From: Desulfobacterales bacterium
GTDB lineage: Bacteria > Desulfobacterota > Desulfobacteria > Desulfobacterales > UBA5852
Assembly: GCA_963674755.2 (NCBI GenBank)
Contig: CAXXVS010000001.1
Location: forward strand, 128,001-192,000
Length of the DNA stretch: 64,000 nucleotides
Direction: 5' to 3'
In this document: piece by piece, positions 61,976 through 64,000 of the stretch
Layout of the letters: the number at the start of each line of letters is the position of its first letter
Position numbering within the stretch: position 1 is the first letter of the stretch
Position numbers and translations under genes: made by a program
Notes under the pieces: generated by a model
Database searches by the model: none
Seen by the model: only the letters and a program-made list of their open reading frames with translations
Told to the model about the DNA's origin: nothing

Positions 61976-62440
61976 ATGAAAATCAATATTCAGATTCGAA
62001 AAGCCAGACCGGAAGATAATGAAGCGGTAACGGATTTTGCATTTGAAATAATGAGATCACTGGGCATTGAACCAGACCCTGAAAATATTGATTACGCTTT
62101 GGCCACATTTGGTCTAGAGCGAGGATTCCCCCTAAGTGAATTCGTCGCCGTGGATGGGGAACAGCTTGTAGGGTCCATAATCTTGAAGCCGATCTCTGCT
62201 TCTGTTGCAGAAATGACCGGCTTCTATGTGCGGTCCAATTATCGAGGGCAGGGAATTGGGCATAAACTAATTAGGACTTTGCTGTCCGCTGCTATTGAGA
62301 TCGGATATAAACATGTTGTATTGACAACAAACTGGAATATGACGACGGCCATAAGTTTATATGAATCTTTTGGATGGGTAAGACAGTCGAAGAAGCCCGA
62401 AAACGGAGCAGACTATCTCTATTCGTTAAGCTTGCCATAG
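61976..62440 (+). CDS. Cassette 13: GNAT family N-acetyltransferase
   Basis: IRKARPED, FYVRSNYRGQGIGHKL, AISLYESFGW; ATG 61976 is the first start after attC 12. Confidence 0.9.
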   Translation: MKINIQIRKARPEDNEAVTDFAFEIMRSLGIEPDPENIDYALATFGLERGFPLSEFVAVDGEQLVGSIILKPISASVAEMTGFYVRSNYRGQGIGHKLIRTLLSAAIEIGYKHVVLTTNWNMTTAISLYESFGWVRQSKKPENGADYLYSLSLP

Positions 62441-62443
62441 CGT

Positions 62444-62520
62444 GTTTAACCAATGCACCGGACCGTCATTCCGCTGCGCCCCATACCAACCTGTAACTGG
62501 CGACCGACGGTCGCCATATA
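62444..62520 (+). other. attC 13 remnant
   Basis: GTGTTTAAC nearly complements upstream GTTAACAC; attC-like centre but no GTT core. Confidence 0.5.
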
Positions 62521-62532
62521 AATCGATGAAAT

Positions 62533-62931
62533 ATGAAAATCAATACATCAATTGAACAGTATAATATCAATTTTGGCTTAAAGCGTGAAGAAGTAAGGGA
62601 TATACTTGGCGAACCTTCTTCCATCGATAAAATCAAAGTTACAGATTATTCGGATTTAGAATGCTGGACCTATGACGCACATCAAATTGAATTAATATTT
62701 GATTCTGAACATTATTATCAGCTTTCAAGCATATCGTTCGCCTCGAAAAATGTTAAAGTTGAAGGTGTTGCAATAATAGGTCTAAAGGAAAAAAAGCTTT
62801 TAAAGAAATTTCCTGAGCTTTACTGCCAGGATGAAAAGGATGAAATTGGGTATAATTATGAATACCCAGGTGAGAATATGATGTTTTGGGTCTCTGATGG
62901 CATTGTTAAGCTTCTTACTGTTTATGAATAA
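62533..62931 (+). CDS. Hypothetical protein, probable old cassette
   Basis: AT-rich 132 aa ORF; FGLKREEVRDILGEP motif. Confidence 0.7.
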   Translation: MKINTSIEQYNINFGLKREEVRDILGEPSSIDKIKVTDYSDLECWTYDAHQIELIFDSEHYYQLSSISFASKNVKVEGVAIIGLKEKKLLKKFPELYCQDEKDEIGYNYEYPGENMMFWVSDGIVKLLTVYE

Positions 62932-63045
62932 TCAAGCGGAGGCACTTAGGACGCTTCTTCCTAATTAATTTCACACCAACCTTCTGCAGGATAGCTGGCG
63001 CTAATAAGGCCTTATAAGTAAGCTGAATAGCGAGTTCGAAAATAA

Positions 63046-63345
63046 ATGATTGAATCCCTAAGAAAATCCATAGCCAATCAACTGAGAAATACGCCTCTGG
63101 GATTGCTGAGAATAAAAAGAAATCTTGGTCTCAGCGCTTGTTCAGATATCGAAACAGAAGATTTGTTGCGAACAATGATTTTGTCGACACCACTGGAGGG
63201 CATCGAAACGAAAGGCAAAAATCATTATTTCCGATGTGTTGCATTCAGTGCCGTATTGACGGTGAACTCAAATACGTTCACGGTTATTACCGCAAAGCGG
63301 ATCAGCAAAACGTCCGGCAGTGGAAGGGAAAACCCGATAGGATAA
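63046..63345 (+). CDS. DUF3781-like protein
   Basis: TPLG..RIKRNLGL...KGKN.Y......LTVN..TFTVITA. Confidence 0.65.
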   Translation: MIESLRKSIANQLRNTPLGLLRIKRNLGLSACSDIETEDLLRTMILSTPLEGIETKGKNHYFRCVAFSAVLTVNSNTFTVITAKRISKTSGSGRENPIG

Positions 63346-63348
63346 AAT

Positions 63349-64000
63349 ATGCAGCAGATCATCAACCGTTCAGCGGCGACCCTCGCCAAAGCTATTCGTC
63401 ACAAGGAGATTTCCTCGAAAGAGGCTGTCGCGCTATTTCTGAATCGCATAGAAAAGGTTAATCCGCGCCTGAACGCGGTTGTGCAGTTATCAGCGGAATC
63501 CGCATATGAACAGGCTCTGAAAGCGGACAACGCCTTGGCACGGGGCGATCTGTTTGGCCCGCTGCATGGCGTTCCCATGACGATTAAAGACTCGTTCGAT
63601 ACGGAAGGATTGATTTCCACCGGCGGAACAAAGGGGCGACGGGATTTTGTTCCATCCCGGGATGCGACCGTGGTCAGGCGCTTACGTGCCGCAGGGGCGA
63701 TCCTGTTGGGCAAAACCAATACATCGGAATTGACGCTCACCTATGAATCGAACAATCTGATCTACGGGCAGACATGCAATCCTTATGATCTCGCGCGTTC
63801 CCCCGGCGGCAGCAGCGGCGGGGCCGCGGCCATCGTTGCCGCGGGCGGTTCCGCCTTTGATATCGGAAGCGATTACGGGGGCAGTCTGCGGTTTCCGTCA
63901 CATTGTTGCGGCGTGGCCACCATCAAGCCCACTTCCGGCTGCGTGCCGCGAACAGGGCATGTTTTCCCTTTTGGCGGCGTGCTGGATTCGTTTCAGCAAA
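63349..64000 (+). CDS. Amidase signature family protein (runs off window; absent from ORF track)
   Basis: Manual translation: MQQIINRSAATLA...GPLHGVPMTIKD...GKTN...PGGSSGG...IGSDYGGSLRFP. Confidence 0.93.
   Translation, partial: MQQIINRSAATLAKAIRHKEISSKEAVALFLNRIEKVNPRLNAVVQLSAESAYEQALKADNALARGDLFGPLHGVPMTIKDSFDTEGLISTGGTKGRRDFVPSRDATVVRRLRAAGAILLGKTNTSELTLTYESNNLIYGQTCNPYDLARSPGGSSGGAAAIVAAGGSAFDIGSDYGGSLRFPSHCCGVATIKPTSGCVPRTGHVFPFGGVLDSFQQ

Larger units (their letters stand above)
53035..62520 (+). mobile_element. Integron with at least 13 gene cassettes; integrase upstream and co-oriented with the array
   Basis: AT-rich single-gene units separated by GC-richer palindromes bounded by ..AAC and GTT..; most cassettes have complementary core and inverse-core ends. 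Confidence 0.93.

Overview
Bacterial chromosomal window. Gene content and order suggest a Desulfobacterales-like sulfate reducer (inference). 1-11.3 kb is the conserved nusA-infB-DUF503-rbfA-nrnA-truB-rpsO-pnp-M16 peptidase-dut-MBL block. 11.6-18.7 kb is a candidate signalling module: a tandem-PilZ protein and a membrane GAF/HD-GYP protein (both visibly more AT-rich) converge on a B12 radical SAM gene and an atypical enolase-superfamily gene. 18.7-52.4 kb is GC-rich housekeeping and metabolic DNA (orphan ParM-like actin, trxB, htpX, S1-like protein, CoA-transferase/GNAT fusion, clpB, Cache sensor, TetR plus LolA-like/ABC operon, fabH). Its intergenic gaps carry two families of long, self-complementary repeats whose structure appears conserved while sequence varies. 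From about 53.0 kb there is an integron: a 5'-truncated intI lies upstream of, and co-oriented with, an AT-rich array of at least 13 cassettes. The attC sites can be read directly and decay toward the distal end. The array includes a Shedu (DUF4263)-type nuclease and a DUF4365 nuclease-like cassette. The window ends inside an amidase gene. No rRNA, tRNA or CRISPR array was seen. All family calls are from motif recognition, not database searches.
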